DNA of 64,000 bases from Candidatus Obscuribacteraceae bacterium (GCA_044229845.1 JBGASG010000001.1:1-64000), one strand, 5' to 3'. Numbered from the stretch's first letter, positions 45,413-55,475 are shown. The notes: generated from the sequence alone by a model not told the origin. Numbers and translations are program-made.

Positions 45413-45994
45413 ATGAAGTTTCGGCAGGCGCGCGCATTTTCTCTCTTGTCGGTCATGGCATTGTTCGGCTGGGGCACCACCGCCGAACCGGTTAATGCCG
45501 CTCCCGCCCCTGCCGGTAGCGTCGACCAGCAAATTCTGCAGACCGCAAAAGGCAGTCTTGGCAAGGAGATGTGGCACGGCTATGGCTTGTCCAGCGGTAA
45601 GCTGGGGTGTGCGGCGGCAGTTTCGAATGTCCTGAAGAACGCTGGTGTTCTCGGCGTCAATTCAGCTGCGGTAGTCATCATTCGCAGACAAATCCTCAAT
45701 CACCCCAAGTACAGCTCTCAGGAAATTTGCGTCAAGAAGGCTGGTCTGTACGGCGTGGATGCGCAGACATTTCAAACCCTTTCCAGACCTGGTGATGTGC
45801 TGCTGGCGTTCATGGAACCGCCCACTAAACCCAATTTGGGACCCAACGCCCATTGCGGATTTGTCGGCACCGACGGCAACGTCTATACAAATGATTGGAA
45901 TGACGGCATCTGGAAATACGCTCCAATAGAGCAGTACTTCAGTTATTACCCCTACATCTACGTGATTCGGCTCAAGCCCAAATCGAGTAAATAG
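45413..45994 (+). CDS. Exported protein with putative CHAP/NlpC-P60-like Cys-His dyad
   Basis: GGAGG RBS and signal peptide. GCAAAVSNVL...PGDV...HCGFV...YTN. Confidence 0.6.
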   Translation: MKFRQARAFSLLSVMALFGWGTTAEPVNAAPAPAGSVDQQILQTAKGSLGKEMWHGYGLSSGKLGCAAAVSNVLKNAGVLGVNSAAVVIIRRQILNHPKYSSQEICVKKAGLYGVDAQTFQTLSRPGDVLLAFMEPPTKPNLGPNAHCGFVGTDGNVYTNDWNDGIWKYAPIEQYFSYYPYIYVIRLKPKSSK

Positions 45995-45995
45995 G

Positions 45996-46121
45996 TTATG
46001 ACTGCGACGATACTTCGACGGTTTCGTCAGCCATGTAGTCGGCTTTCGAAACGTGATCGTTGAACCAGGTCGTCACGAAGGTGACTAAGACAACAACCGC
46101 AAATCCGGTCAATAATTCCAT
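45996..46121 (-). CDS. 41-aa single-TM small protein
   Basis: GGAGGA RBS, then MELLTGFAVVVLVTFVTTWFNDHVSK... Confidence 0.6.
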   Translation of the reverse strand: MELLTGFAVVVLVTFVTTWFNDHVSKADYMADETVEVSSQS

Positions 46122-46291
46122 ATATCCTCCGGCAGTGTAATCTGCGCTTGGAATTGTGCAAATGATGGCAAGAAAGCCGCATTCAGGCAATGTTTTTTGA
46201 CTTCATTCGATAGCAAAACTGGAGAATTCTTTCTAATCCAGCGAACCGCGATAGTAGTTAGGCTAATGGCGTCGGTTTCCTGGTGAGGCTT

Positions 46292-47518
46292 ATGAATTTC
46301 AGCAGTTTTTCGCGCGTCCTTTTCAGCGCTGCGCTTCTGTTCAGCGTGATGACACAAGACGCATTCGCGGTCGTCGAAGACCCGGTGTATCAAGAAGACA
46401 AAGGCAACGTTCCTGCTGAGGCGGCGGTTAACTGGACCATGGTCGAAATGCACCCGACAAGTACGCCGCAGCTGTTTCAGGGCGGCGATAACCGCTACAA
46501 CCTTGCCTACGAAATGAGTCTGCAAAGCTTCAATCGGTCACCAATGACGGTGACCGAGTTCACGGTGCTTGATGCCGACACCGGCAAAGCAATCTGGAAA
46601 TTGACTGGCGAGGATGTCGCCACTCGCATGCTTTCCACCAGTGGGCCCAAGGTCAACAAATTGGGCAGCGGGCAATCAGGGATCCTGTTCGTCAACCTTG
46701 TCTTTGACAAGCAGGAAGAGGTGCCCAAAAAACTCAAGCATCGCCTGGTGCTCAGCGGCGGCGATATGCAAGGTCACCCCTGCACCAATATTGTTGAAGG
46801 CGCTCCGCTGGATGTGAATATGATACCGCCTGTGGTGATTGGCTCGCCATTCAAAGGTGGCAACTGGATCCCCGGCGGCGGGTACGATGCGGTCGACGGA
46901 CACAGGCGGGCCCTGTTTCCCATCAACAATACTTTGCTGGCAGCGCAACGGTTTGCCATCGACTGGCTGAAGGTCGATAAGACCGACATGTGCGCCAACG
47001 GTGACATAAGCAAGGTGGAAAATTACTTTGGATATGGCGAGCCGATTCTGGCGGTCGCCGACGGTACAGTTGCCGGCATAGTCAATCGATTTGAGAATCA
47101 GGTGCCACCGAAGGCGGTGGGCAAAGATCTGGTTCTATATCCGGCAGGAAACTCGATCGTGCTTGATTTGGGAAACGGTCGCTACGCAATGTACGCGCAT
47201 TTGAAACCAGGGTCGATCAAAGTGAAGCGCGGCGACAAGGTAAAACGTGGTGACGTGCTTGCGAACATGGGCAACAGCGGCAATTCCTCCGCGCCGCACT
47301 TGCATCTACACATTATGGACGGTCCCCAAATTTTGGGCAGCAACGGCGTTCCCTATTACTTTGACGAGTTCAACGTGATTCGCGAAGTGCCTGATATGTC
47401 GGACTTCGACAATCATGACGGCATAACCGCACCTATGAAAACAGCGCAGTCGAAGGTGGCCGGCAAGCACACTAATCAGTTGGTGCGGCAAGGACAGATA
47501 GTTGCCTTTCCGGAATAA
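46292..47518 (+). CDS. Exported M23-family metallopeptidase
   Basis: Signal peptide, then QRFAIDW, YAHLKPGS and GNSGNSSAPHLH. Confidence 0.9.
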   Translation: MNFSSFSRVLFSAALLFSVMTQDAFAVVEDPVYQEDKGNVPAEAAVNWTMVEMHPTSTPQLFQGGDNRYNLAYEMSLQSFNRSPMTVTEFTVLDADTGKAIWKLTGEDVATRMLSTSGPKVNKLGSGQSGILFVNLVFDKQEEVPKKLKHRLVLSGGDMQGHPCTNIVEGAPLDVNMIPPVVIGSPFKGGNWIPGGGYDAVDGHRRALFPINNTLLAAQRFAIDWLKVDKTDMCANGDISKVENYFGYGEPILAVADGTVAGIVNRFENQVPPKAVGKDLVLYPAGNSIVLDLGNGRYAMYAHLKPGSIKVKRGDKVKRGDVLANMGNSGNSSAPHLHLHIMDGPQILGSNGVPYYFDEFNVIREVPDMSDFDNHDGITAPMKTAQSKVAGKHTNQLVRQGQIVAFPE

Positions 47519-47768
47519 ACTACTTCCAGCCTTCGCCAACCAGCTGCCAGCCTGACCAGTAAACCGGGCGTTTCCAGGACGGGTGCTGTGCATCGTTCTT
47601 AATGGCTAACTGAGCCTGCTTCAAGGCTTCCGCCTTGTTCATTTTCTTCGACCAGAGGTTGGTGTAAAACTGCCGCATCAAACCGATGTTTTCTATCTCG
47701 AATCGCGAATCTCCTCCCTAGAGCGTAACACGATATGATTACGCTCTCTCCGACCAAAGGGCTCCCCC

Positions 47769-48542
47769 GTGCACGACAAGACCAAATATAGACCGACAGA
47801 GCGGTTTACGGGACTTGCCGAAGTCTATGCAGCCGCCAGACCCAGTTATCCGGAAGCCGCCATCGATTTCATCATGAAGCGGTGCAATCTTAAAGAAGGT
47901 TCGGTAATAGCTGACGTGGGTTGCGGTACCGGTATTTCATCCAGGCTTTTCGGACAAAGGGGACTGGGAGTTCTTGGCATCGAGCCTAATTTCGAAATGA
48001 GGGAAAACGCCCGGGCCGATCGGTCACCCGGTTCCTCCACGGTCGCCTACATGGAAGGCACGGGTGAAGCCACCGGATTGGGCGACGGTGAGGTTGACGC
48101 AGTGGTTTCCGCCCAAGCGTTTCACTGGTTCGATCCCGAAAAGGCGCTCGAAGAGTTCCATCGCATCTTGATCAAAGATGGATGGGTGGTGCTCATGTGG
48201 AACGAGCGCGATGAGAACGACCCATTCACAGCGGCTTACGGAGAGGTGATTCGCTCCGTGCCCGAGACTGCTTCTGTAGAGATGCCGCGCGGCAACGCTG
48301 GAGATCCGCTATTTCACACGCCTTTGTTCGATCAGGTAGAACGCACCACTTATCCAAATCAACAGCTGGTCGATGAACATGGATTGATTCAGCGCGCCTG
48401 CTCGGCATCGTACGCGCCCAAGGAAGGCGAGTTGCTGGTGAAGTTCAAGAAGGATCTGAAGGCTGTGTTCGCTAAATTTGAGCAGGACGACCAGGTTGCA
48501 ATCAAGTACAAAACTTCGGTTTATACCGGGCATCGAGTGTAA
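47769..48542 (+). CDS. Class I SAM-dependent methyltransferase
   Basis: Motifs RPSYP, ADVGCGTG and AQAFHWFD. Confidence 0.92.
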   Translation: MHDKTKYRPTERFTGLAEVYAAARPSYPEAAIDFIMKRCNLKEGSVIADVGCGTGISSRLFGQRGLGVLGIEPNFEMRENARADRSPGSSTVAYMEGTGEATGLGDGEVDAVVSAQAFHWFDPEKALEEFHRILIKDGWVVLMWNERDENDPFTAAYGEVIRSVPETASVEMPRGNAGDPLFHTPLFDQVERTTYPNQQLVDEHGLIQRACSASYAPKEGELLVKFKKDLKAVFAKFEQDDQVAIKYKTSVYTGHRV

Positions 48543-48660
48543 AAAAGCAGCGCGCAGAAATTTTTCCGCCAAGAAGTAACAGTTCGGGCGGTTGTCTATG
48601 TGTTTCTGGACAATCTCGGCGAGCGTTTCAAGAAACCGCGCGGCAAGTCACGAATAAATT

Positions 48661-48746
48661 CGGAGAGAGAGGGAATCGAACCCTCGGTACCCTGAGAGAG
48701 TACCCGGTTTAGCAAACCGGTGCCATAACCACTCGGCCATCTCTCC
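48661..48746 (-). tRNA. tRNA-Ser (anticodon GCT)
   Basis: GGAGAGATGGCCGAGTGG...CCGGT-TTGCTAA-ACCGG, long variable arm, GGTTCGATTCC...TCTCTCCG. CCA is not encoded. Confidence 0.97.
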
Positions 48747-48991
48747 CGAAGTGTGCGCGCGACTAGCTGCCACTGCATATGGTGGCATGAAAGAAACAGC
48801 GCCTGCGCAAGCCCGAGCGGCTAGCGCGCACAGCGCACTAAAGCACGAGTATGGAAACGCAGCGCGAAACAGCGCGCTGCTATGTACTGGTGTGGCGCGC
48901 CAGTACGTTGACCAGAAGGTGTCGTGCTAATTGTCGAAAGCGGAACATGAGTTGAACTCCGTGAGCACGCAGGGAAAGCATAACACCAAAT

Positions 48992-49858
48992 TCAACTCAT
49001 GTGGCGATCGAAACGCTTGAATTTTTGGCTGCTGTTACTGAAGTCGACGAGCATTGAAATCATTTCGCCAAGTTTTTCAGGCGAGCGATTCATGTACTTC
49101 TCGCGCCCGGTGACGCGAACTTCAGTCAGTTTCTTCTCGTACTCAGCAGCGATTTTCTGCAAGTCTTCGCTGGCACCATGTGTAGTCAGGTCTTGCAGGT
49201 GCTGGTGGTAATCATCGGCTTTCGCTTTTTGATCGGCGAAGTCAGCTATCACTGATATCGCCAGCAGTGCTTTGCAGTCGGTGAACTCGCCTTTCAGCTG
49301 ACGCAGCATTTGCTCAGCGACAGTGAGCGCATCCGCAGCTCCCTTCTGCAGATCGATGTCCTGCAGAGATTTGCATTGCAACTGGTGCACAAGCAGCAGC
49401 TGGTTGAGCCAGTAGGAGTTATCTGGCTCGATCTGGCGAATTCTCTTGAGCAGTTCTTGTGCCAGCTGTGGGTCGGCAAACATCACAGTGGACATTGTGT
49501 TGCGCATGATGCGCACATCCTGCGGGTGGGTTTCTGTTTGCTTGAGCAGCATACGCTTCGCTTGCGGGTAGTTTGGATCATCGAAGGAAAACTGACCTTC
49601 GGGCCAGTCAAGCACCAGGTGACCGGGCTCCTGCCGGATAAACCAGAAGATGTGGGGAGCCCGCAATTTCGCTGCTCGTTCGCGGGTGTCTTTCTTGTTA
49701 TAGCCCCGCATGTAATGCCCGAGTAGCATGATCCGTTTATCAGCCGCAGCCGCGTCGTCGCGCACTTCACTCTCGATGAGCGGTGCGCGAGTCTCAGAAA
49801 GCTCCGCGCCTTTGCTCAACAGATCCTGTAGTGAAATCAGCGGTAATGGCGACGGCAT
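48992..49858 (-). CDS. Hypothetical helical-repeat protein
   Basis: About 288-aa ORF with amphipathic, TPR-like helices. Confidence 0.65.
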   Translation of the reverse strand: MPSPLPLISLQDLLSKGAELSETRAPLIESEVRDDAAAADKRIMLLGHYMRGYNKKDTRERAAKLRAPHIFWFIRQEPGHLVLDWPEGQFSFDDPNYPQAKRMLLKQTETHPQDVRIMRNTMSTVMFADPQLAQELLKRIRQIEPDNSYWLNQLLLVHQLQCKSLQDIDLQKGAADALTVAEQMLRQLKGEFTDCKALLAISVIADFADQKAKADDYHQHLQDLTTHGASEDLQKIAAEYEKKLTEVRVTGREKYMNRSPEKLGEMISMLVDFSNSSQKFKRFDRHMS

Positions 49859-49946
49859 AGTACCTTTCAACCGCGGGCTGTCGCGGTTGCTCTACCCCTG
49901 TCTCTAGTATAGGCCTGATCTCTCAATTCAAAACGTAGTGGCTCGT

Positions 49947-51497
49947 TTAGTTGCTTATCCGCTGGATTCGGCCGTCAACTTTTGGCGCTATCGGCTTGGA
50001 TTTCTCCAGCGCGTCGAGCAGGATAACCGTCTCGGCGCGCCCTTCTTCGGGTTTGACCAGGAAGGGCTGGTCCTTGAACATGGAGTACCCGTCGCCGCCG
50101 GCAAGCACGAAAGCAGTGGTTGCAAGTGTGTAGGTCGCTTTGTCGTCAAGTGGCTTTCCGTTGACTAACACCTCGACTACTCGGTTTCCGATTGGGCGCG
50201 CTGCGTCGTACCGGAATCGCAGCCCCGACACCTGAGGAAACCGGCCGTCGCCTTTGTTGCTCTCCAGACTCACACGGCTTACTCCGTGTTCGAGCGCCTG
50301 TCGGATTGTGGTGCCATGCACCTTGAGTTTGACGACGGGATTTTCAAACGGCAAGACGCTCATCACGTCTCGGTGGGTGATGGCGCCTGCTGGATAAACC
50401 TGGTTGGAGCGCACGGCGCCACCATTGAATATGGCAATGTCAGACTCGGTTGCTTCGCGAAATGCATCAGCGATCATGTTGCCCAGGTTGGTTTCTTCCT
50501 GGGTGTTGTGATTCTGGAGCGCATCCAGATCAACGGTTGTGGTGCCCGCCGGCATGTCGAGTTCTTTGTGCAGTTTGGTTTCGTAATCAGCCAGGGCGCG
50601 CGTCACCTCCGGGTCATCGCGCAATTCTTGCGTGACTGGAATGATCTCCCAGTCGATGCTCTCGACCTGGTTTTTCTTCTTTGAATAACTGATCTCAATC
50701 TTGCCGAGGTTGCGAGCATCGGAGCCCATTTTCAAGATCGGCGTTTGTCCGGTAAAGGCTTGAATGACAATGTGTTCGTGCCCGCCGAGAATGAGGTTAA
50801 TCGGCGCGATGCGCGCGATCTCCTTGTCCTGTTCGATGGTCAGGTGCGTCAAGCCGACAATCACTTGTGCTCCGGCTTTCTTCATTTCGGCGACCGTTTT
50901 TTCGACAAGAGAATTGGGATTTTCGATTACAACGTTCGGACCCGGGCGCGATTGTTTTTCGGTGTCGGTGGTGAGCATGCCGAAGATGCCCACCTTGACG
51001 CCATCGATGTCTCGGATCACGAAAAGTTTGGCACCACCAAAGGGTTGCCTGGTTGATTTGTCGAGGACGTTGCTGCATACCCATGTGAACTTAGAGTCCT
51101 TCATGCGTTGCAGAAGTTCGAAAGGACCGAAGTCGAATTCATGGTTGCCGAAAGTGGAATAGTCGAGATTGAGCGCATTCCAACCCGCGATCATCTGCTG
51201 ACCTTTGAACACTTTCGATGCCACAGATGGTGACAGCGTGTCGCCCGCTAGCACAAAAATCGCATCCGGAGTTTTCGCCATGATCTCCCGCTTCAGCGTC
51301 GCCACGCGTGCTAATCCGCCATGCAAGCCGTGATCGACGGGATCGATCTGGTAGACGTCGTTCAACTGAAGAAACGTGATTTTCACCAGATCATCGCTGA
51401 TTTTGAGAGCCATCGCCGGTGGTGCGATGGACAGCACTGCGATGAACGTGGAGACGACTAACGCGACTATGGGACTGATTGTTCGTGAGCGGGACAT
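49947..51497 (-). CDS. Exported 5'-nucleotidase / bifunctional metallophosphatase
   Basis: Signal peptide. NDVY, AGD, GNHEFD, GGHEH, and a C-terminal domain with NGGAVR, FPQVSG and GGDGY. Confidence 0.93.
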   Translation of the reverse strand: MSRSRTISPIVALVVSTFIAVLSIAPPAMALKISDDLVKITFLQLNDVYQIDPVDHGLHGGLARVATLKREIMAKTPDAIFVLAGDTLSPSVASKVFKGQQMIAGWNALNLDYSTFGNHEFDFGPFELLQRMKDSKFTWVCSNVLDKSTRQPFGGAKLFVIRDIDGVKVGIFGMLTTDTEKQSRPGPNVVIENPNSLVEKTVAEMKKAGAQVIVGLTHLTIEQDKEIARIAPINLILGGHEHIVIQAFTGQTPILKMGSDARNLGKIEISYSKKKNQVESIDWEIIPVTQELRDDPEVTRALADYETKLHKELDMPAGTTTVDLDALQNHNTQEETNLGNMIADAFREATESDIAIFNGGAVRSNQVYPAGAITHRDVMSVLPFENPVVKLKVHGTTIRQALEHGVSRVSLESNKGDGRFPQVSGLRFRYDAARPIGNRVVEVLVNGKPLDDKATYTLATTAFVLAGGDGYSMFKDQPFLVKPEEGRAETVILLDALEKSKPIAPKVDGRIQRISN

Positions 51498-51898
51498 GAG
51501 ACTCCTTGAAAAGGCAACGGGGCGCAGGTTGCTATTCTATGGCATGTCCGCGCGTCTTCGGCGTTCCGATCGGGCGTTCGTGGTAGGCAAGCAGTTGGCA
51601 ACCGACAGCCATTTCTGGTGAGGTTGGTTATCTGGCTCAAATGCGAGCTGCCTATTACAATTCGGTCCCCTGTATCCGCAAGCTCATAGCCTGGCGACCC
51701 AAGCTTGGGTAATCGCACGTGTCAATCGAAATCACGAAATCAATGGATGATCGAACTCGCCGATCAGTTTGCCACGCCTGCCCAAAGGGAAACCCTGCAT
51801 AAGCGGTATCAGAAGTAAATTCTGAAGGTCCTCCTAATTTTCGAAAGCGCGACGTATTGGGTTTATACGGTTATCTATTTTGGAGCAAGCGCTAAGCT

Positions 51899-52411
51899 AT
51901 GTATAAAAAGCTCCTGGTCATGGTGCCGCTGGCGGTTGTGCTGACAGGGTGCGGAAAAGCCGGCTCGGATGCGGGAAGCAACATTCTCTCGGGCTTACCC
52001 GACAGCTACAAAATCGGCATACACCTGGGTGCCGGTGAGACGATGTTCGAGAAAGGGCAGTACAAGCTGGCGGAGCACGAGTTTCTCGAAGCTCTCAAAG
52101 TCGCCCAGAAGGAAAAGAACGACGTAGACATTGGTGAAAGCTGGACTCGACTGGGTCAAACCTATAAGCGTCTGGGCGAAAACGACCTTTCGCGAGAGGC
52201 GCTGGCGAAGGCGAATGAAGCTTATGAGGGGGCCGACTTCTTGTTTAAAACAGACAAGCGCGTTTGGGCGCAGGGATTGAAAGAGTATCAGCTGCTTCTA
52301 AAAGAACACGGCGACGAGGAGCAAGCTGCGGCAGCCATGGAGAAGTGGAAGGAACTGCGTGAGGAACTAGGGCCCATGGAAAACTTGCGCGAGAAGATGA
52401 CGCAGTTCTAG
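51899..52411 (+). CDS. TPR-like lipoprotein
   Basis: Lipobox LTGC and TPR helices. Confidence 0.8.
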   Translation: MYKKLLVMVPLAVVLTGCGKAGSDAGSNILSGLPDSYKIGIHLGAGETMFEKGQYKLAEHEFLEALKVAQKEKNDVDIGESWTRLGQTYKRLGENDLSREALAKANEAYEGADFLFKTDKRVWAQGLKEYQLLLKEHGDEEQAAAAMEKWKELREELGPMENLREKMTQF

Positions 52412-52413
52412 TT

Positions 52414-52869
52414 CTAGAGCACGTAAGAAACGCTGTCCGTGCCGGGCAGCGCGACGAAAATGACGCGATCCGGGTTCCCTTCGTCGGTCAAATCGACGCG
52501 CTTATCGAGAACCGTTGCCAATCCCAAGAGGAAGCCGAATAGCTCGTCCAGAGTTTCGTCGGACGTAACTTGCTTGGGATCGATATCCATCTCCAGGTCG
52601 TCGACATCGAAGAAGTGGCAATTCACCTGGACACTGCCCACATGAATCGAGAGCAATGTGGCTGCCGTTTTGCGCAATGACAGTGCGTCTTGCGGGTCCT
52701 CAGGCAACTCCCGGGCTTGCCCATCAACCGAATAATTCAATTGGTATCCTTTGGCGCACAGCCATGCCCAGACGCTGCGCCAATCGCCGATAGTGGTGTC
52801 ATGAACGTATATGTCTCGAAGACTACCGTCCAACGCCCGAAATTCTTTTTGGTACAACGACCAGTTCAT
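52414..52869 (-). CDS. Hypothetical protein
   Basis: MNWSLYQKEFRALDGSLRDIYV...NCHFF...EMDIDP, with globular composition. Confidence 0.7.
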   Translation of the reverse strand: MNWSLYQKEFRALDGSLRDIYVHDTTIGDWRSVWAWLCAKGYQLNYSVDGQARELPEDPQDALSLRKTAATLLSIHVGSVQVNCHFFDVDDLEMDIDPKQVTSDETLDELFGFLLGLATVLDKRVDLTDEGNPDRVIFVALPGTDSVSYVL

Positions 52870-52955
52870 CGCCCTATGGTAACAGCGGCGCTTGCTTTTG
52901 AAAATACTGACCGGGCGCCTTATAATCGGATTTGCGTCGTTATTCGGAATGCCTG

Positions 52956-53513
52956 ATGACCGTAGGTTCTTATTTGAAGAAACTGAACCGTAGTCGCCTG
53001 GTACCATATGTGGTGCTCAGCGCCGGTCTTTGTCTCTTCGGCACTTTTGGTTGCTCCTCGATACAGCCCACCGATGAAGAAAAGAAAGAGGCGGCGATTG
53101 CCAATATCGAGACGCGATTCAACTTGTCCAGACCGACCGCCGCGACATTGAAGCGCGCCTACAAAGGTGGCGAAGTGATTGGCGAAGGCGATGTCGAACC
53201 GATGACCGATGCACAGGAGATCCCGGAAGATGCGGTTCCCGTCGAGGCGCTCCCGGGCGTGGCGGTGCGCGGCGATGTGCAGCCCGGTGTGGTGATACTG
53301 AAAAGGCACGTCGCGCAGGATAGGCACATCGTATATGCGGCACGCGATATCGCCGCCGGAACAATTCTCGCCGCACCAGATCTCGACGAGCGTCAGCTTC
53401 AAGAGGTGATCATGCCTGCTCGTAGCTGTGCTTCAGCAGCGAAGTTGATAGGCAGACGGAGCAAGACTGATATCGGGCAGGGCTGCGTGATCATGGAAGA
53501 CAATCTGCAATAA
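52956..53513 (+). CDS. SAF-domain (FlgA/CpaB-like) probable lipoprotein
   Basis: Hydrophobic leader ending TFGC. IVYAARDIAAGTIL...LIGRRSKTDIGQGCVI plus a preceding similar repeat. Confidence 0.7.
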   Translation: MTVGSYLKKLNRSRLVPYVVLSAGLCLFGTFGCSSIQPTDEEKKEAAIANIETRFNLSRPTAATLKRAYKGGEVIGEGDVEPMTDAQEIPEDAVPVEALPGVAVRGDVQPGVVILKRHVAQDRHIVYAARDIAAGTILAAPDLDERQLQEVIMPARSCASAAKLIGRRSKTDIGQGCVIMEDNLQ

Positions 53514-53520
53514 TACGAGC

Positions 53521-54108
53521 ATGTTGCGCGAGCTAATTTCCAAGGTGAGGTCTTCTATGCACAAGGCGGGCGCGTCGCTGTGTCTGGCCCTGATACTGGT
53601 ATTTTTGCCGGCCATGGCGCATGCCGACACATATCCGGTTGGGGATATGACGGCATTCAATGTGGTGGCAGCAGATCTGCCTACTGACGCAACCGGAGCC
53701 GGCTTGGACAAAGATGCGCTGGCTGCCACCGCGACGGCGGCATTGAAAAAGGGCGGCATGCAGATTCTCGACGAGGCCGGACCGCCCGGCACCGGCACTT
53801 TTCAAATAAGCATCGGTGCGGTCAATGGGGGTGGTGAAGATCAAGCTTACGCCGTGCGCTGCGAAGTTGGACGTCTCGTCTACTTCTTCAAGCAAGGTGA
53901 CATGGAGAAGAAAAATCCGATTGTCGGCAAACAATTTGTGCGCGGCATCATCTGGAGCGACATGTTTTCCATCGCCGTGCCCAAGGCGCAAGCCAAGCAA
54001 GTTATTACAGATACGGTCAAGCAGTCGGCTGAAAAATTTGTCCAAGATTGGAATGCCGACCGGGCAGAGATTGCCAAGGAACCGCCACCGCCTGCAGCGG
54101 CGGAGTAA
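53521..54108 (+). CDS. Hypothetical exported protein
   Basis: Signal peptide ending AHA. Confidence 0.75.
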   Translation: MLRELISKVRSSMHKAGASLCLALILVFLPAMAHADTYPVGDMTAFNVVAADLPTDATGAGLDKDALAATATAALKKGGMQILDEAGPPGTGTFQISIGAVNGGGEDQAYAVRCEVGRLVYFFKQGDMEKKNPIVGKQFVRGIIWSDMFSIAVPKAQAKQVITDTVKQSAEKFVQDWNADRAEIAKEPPPPAAAE

Positions 54109-54120
54109 TCGCACGTCACG

Positions 54121-54558
54121 TCACGTTGCGTCAGGTCGCTCCAAGTCTGCAAGCACGGCACGCACAACTTGCCGGCGTTCGTGCCTTTCCATGCGCGAAA
54201 GCAGCGCGCAATACTCTTCGATCATGCTTTTGAAATATTCAACCTGATTGTGATTGGGTTGATATCCGTTGGATAGCGCCGTTTGCAATATCTGGTAGAG
54301 ACGTTCGAAGGAGCGTGCACTCTCCTCCAACAAATCGACTGCCACAAATTTTCGTGCGGCGGATAGCAGCATCTCCATGGCGCGACCGTCGATGCGTCCA
54401 GTGCGCGCCGATTCGATTGCGCCGAAATAAAGTGTGTCGGTATCCGACTGATTCATGGTCGCAGTATACGTTGTCTCAGCGGCTGTAAAAGACTCGCCAG
54501 CCAAAACATCCACAGCGGACAAAACTCTCAAAACTTCCTCGCGTGCAGGATTGCTCAT
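54121..54558 (-). CDS. Hypothetical helical protein
   Basis: 145-aa ORF filling the gap between neighbouring genes. Confidence 0.6.
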   Translation of the reverse strand: MSNPAREEVLRVLSAVDVLAGESFTAAETTYTATMNQSDTDTLYFGAIESARTGRIDGRAMEMLLSAARKFVAVDLLEESARSFERLYQILQTALSNGYQPNHNQVEYFKSMIEEYCALLSRMERHERRQVVRAVLADLERPDAT

Positions 54559-54638
54559 TTTGGCAGTCCACTGCAGTGTTCGAAAAAAGATTAAATCAGG
54601 GTGTTGTGAGCAGGATTGCTCATCTCGAGTGGTGGTGC

Positions 54639-55475
54639 CTAGTCTCTCGGTGCCGCAGGTGGTGGCGCAAGTGGCGGAGCGCCTGGTGTCTCGCCGGGAG
54701 GTAGTGCTAGTAGTTCTGCAGGCAGCTTGTCGCCCAGATTGTGCGAGAGCATGTAGTCACGAAACGAGCTGCGCATATCGATGCCCTCGTAGACTGCTAT
54801 CGGGGCGTATGACCGCGTGCGATAAAGCGGCACAATGTGTTTGGACTGTGCGCGCGGCTGTCCGTCTTCCTGAAACATCTTTACCGAGCCGTTCATCCGC
54901 ACATTGCCTTCCGGCACCGGAACGAATGTCATCAGACTTTCCTGCTGGTGTACGCGCAGTATTTTGCCGGAGCGTGCGTTGACGGTGAAGGCTGTAAATC
55001 TGTAACGTGCCACCACTCGCCCCTCATCGACATAGGGGAATTCTTTGGAGAGTTCGTGACGATATTCGTAAGTCTTGTCAGTCAGCACTTTTCTGTGCGA
55101 AGGGACATTGATGAAGTGCCAGATGCCACCGGCATTATCGGATTGCATGCCGAACACCCACTGGTCGGAACGAGGGAACGTGCGGGCAATCCGGTTGGAC
55201 AAAAACGGAAACTTGAAATCGGTGACGCTCAGTTGCGTCTCGGTGCGCGTTTCCCAAACGCCGGCCAGCCAGGGTGGAATTTGCACCCAGAGGTTGTTGG
55301 GATGAACGTTGTTGAAATAGCTGTCGTCGAAACCGGCTCCGACTTGCAACCGATTGTCAGCCGGCGGCAGCACTTCCGCATGCTCGACGCCGCCCTTCAG
55401 TTGGGCGAACGCGTTTGTTGATGGCGCGCAGGCAAACGCGACGGACAAGAGCAAAGATAAAGTGACTCGCCACAT
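54639..55475 (-). CDS. Hypothetical exported beta-rich protein
   Basis: Signal peptide MWRVTL...AFA, then IPPWLAGVW and alternating beta strands. Confidence 0.75.
   Translation of the reverse strand: MWRVTLSLLLSVAFACAPSTNAFAQLKGGVEHAEVLPPADNRLQVGAGFDDSYFNNVHPNNLWVQIPPWLAGVWETRTETQLSVTDFKFPFLSNRIARTFPRSDQWVFGMQSDNAGGIWHFINVPSHRKVLTDKTYEYRHELSKEFPYVDEGRVVARYRFTAFTVNARSGKILRVHQQESLMTFVPVPEGNVRMNGSVKMFQEDGQPRAQSKHIVPLYRTRSYAPIAVYEGIDMRSSFRDYMLSHNLGDKLPAELLALPPGETPGAPPLAPPPAAPRD

Noticed and set aside
34500..48746. Genomic island between tRNA-Sec/recombinase and tRNA-Ser
   Set aside because: I saw no duplicated tRNA 3' end, the interval holds core genes (PBP1A, nupC, cstA), and there are no other mobility genes.
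54080..54123. Hairpin after the TGA of 54121..54558
   Set aside because: It is the GC-rich Pro/Ala-coding end of the opposite gene, and readthrough would overlap that gene entirely.
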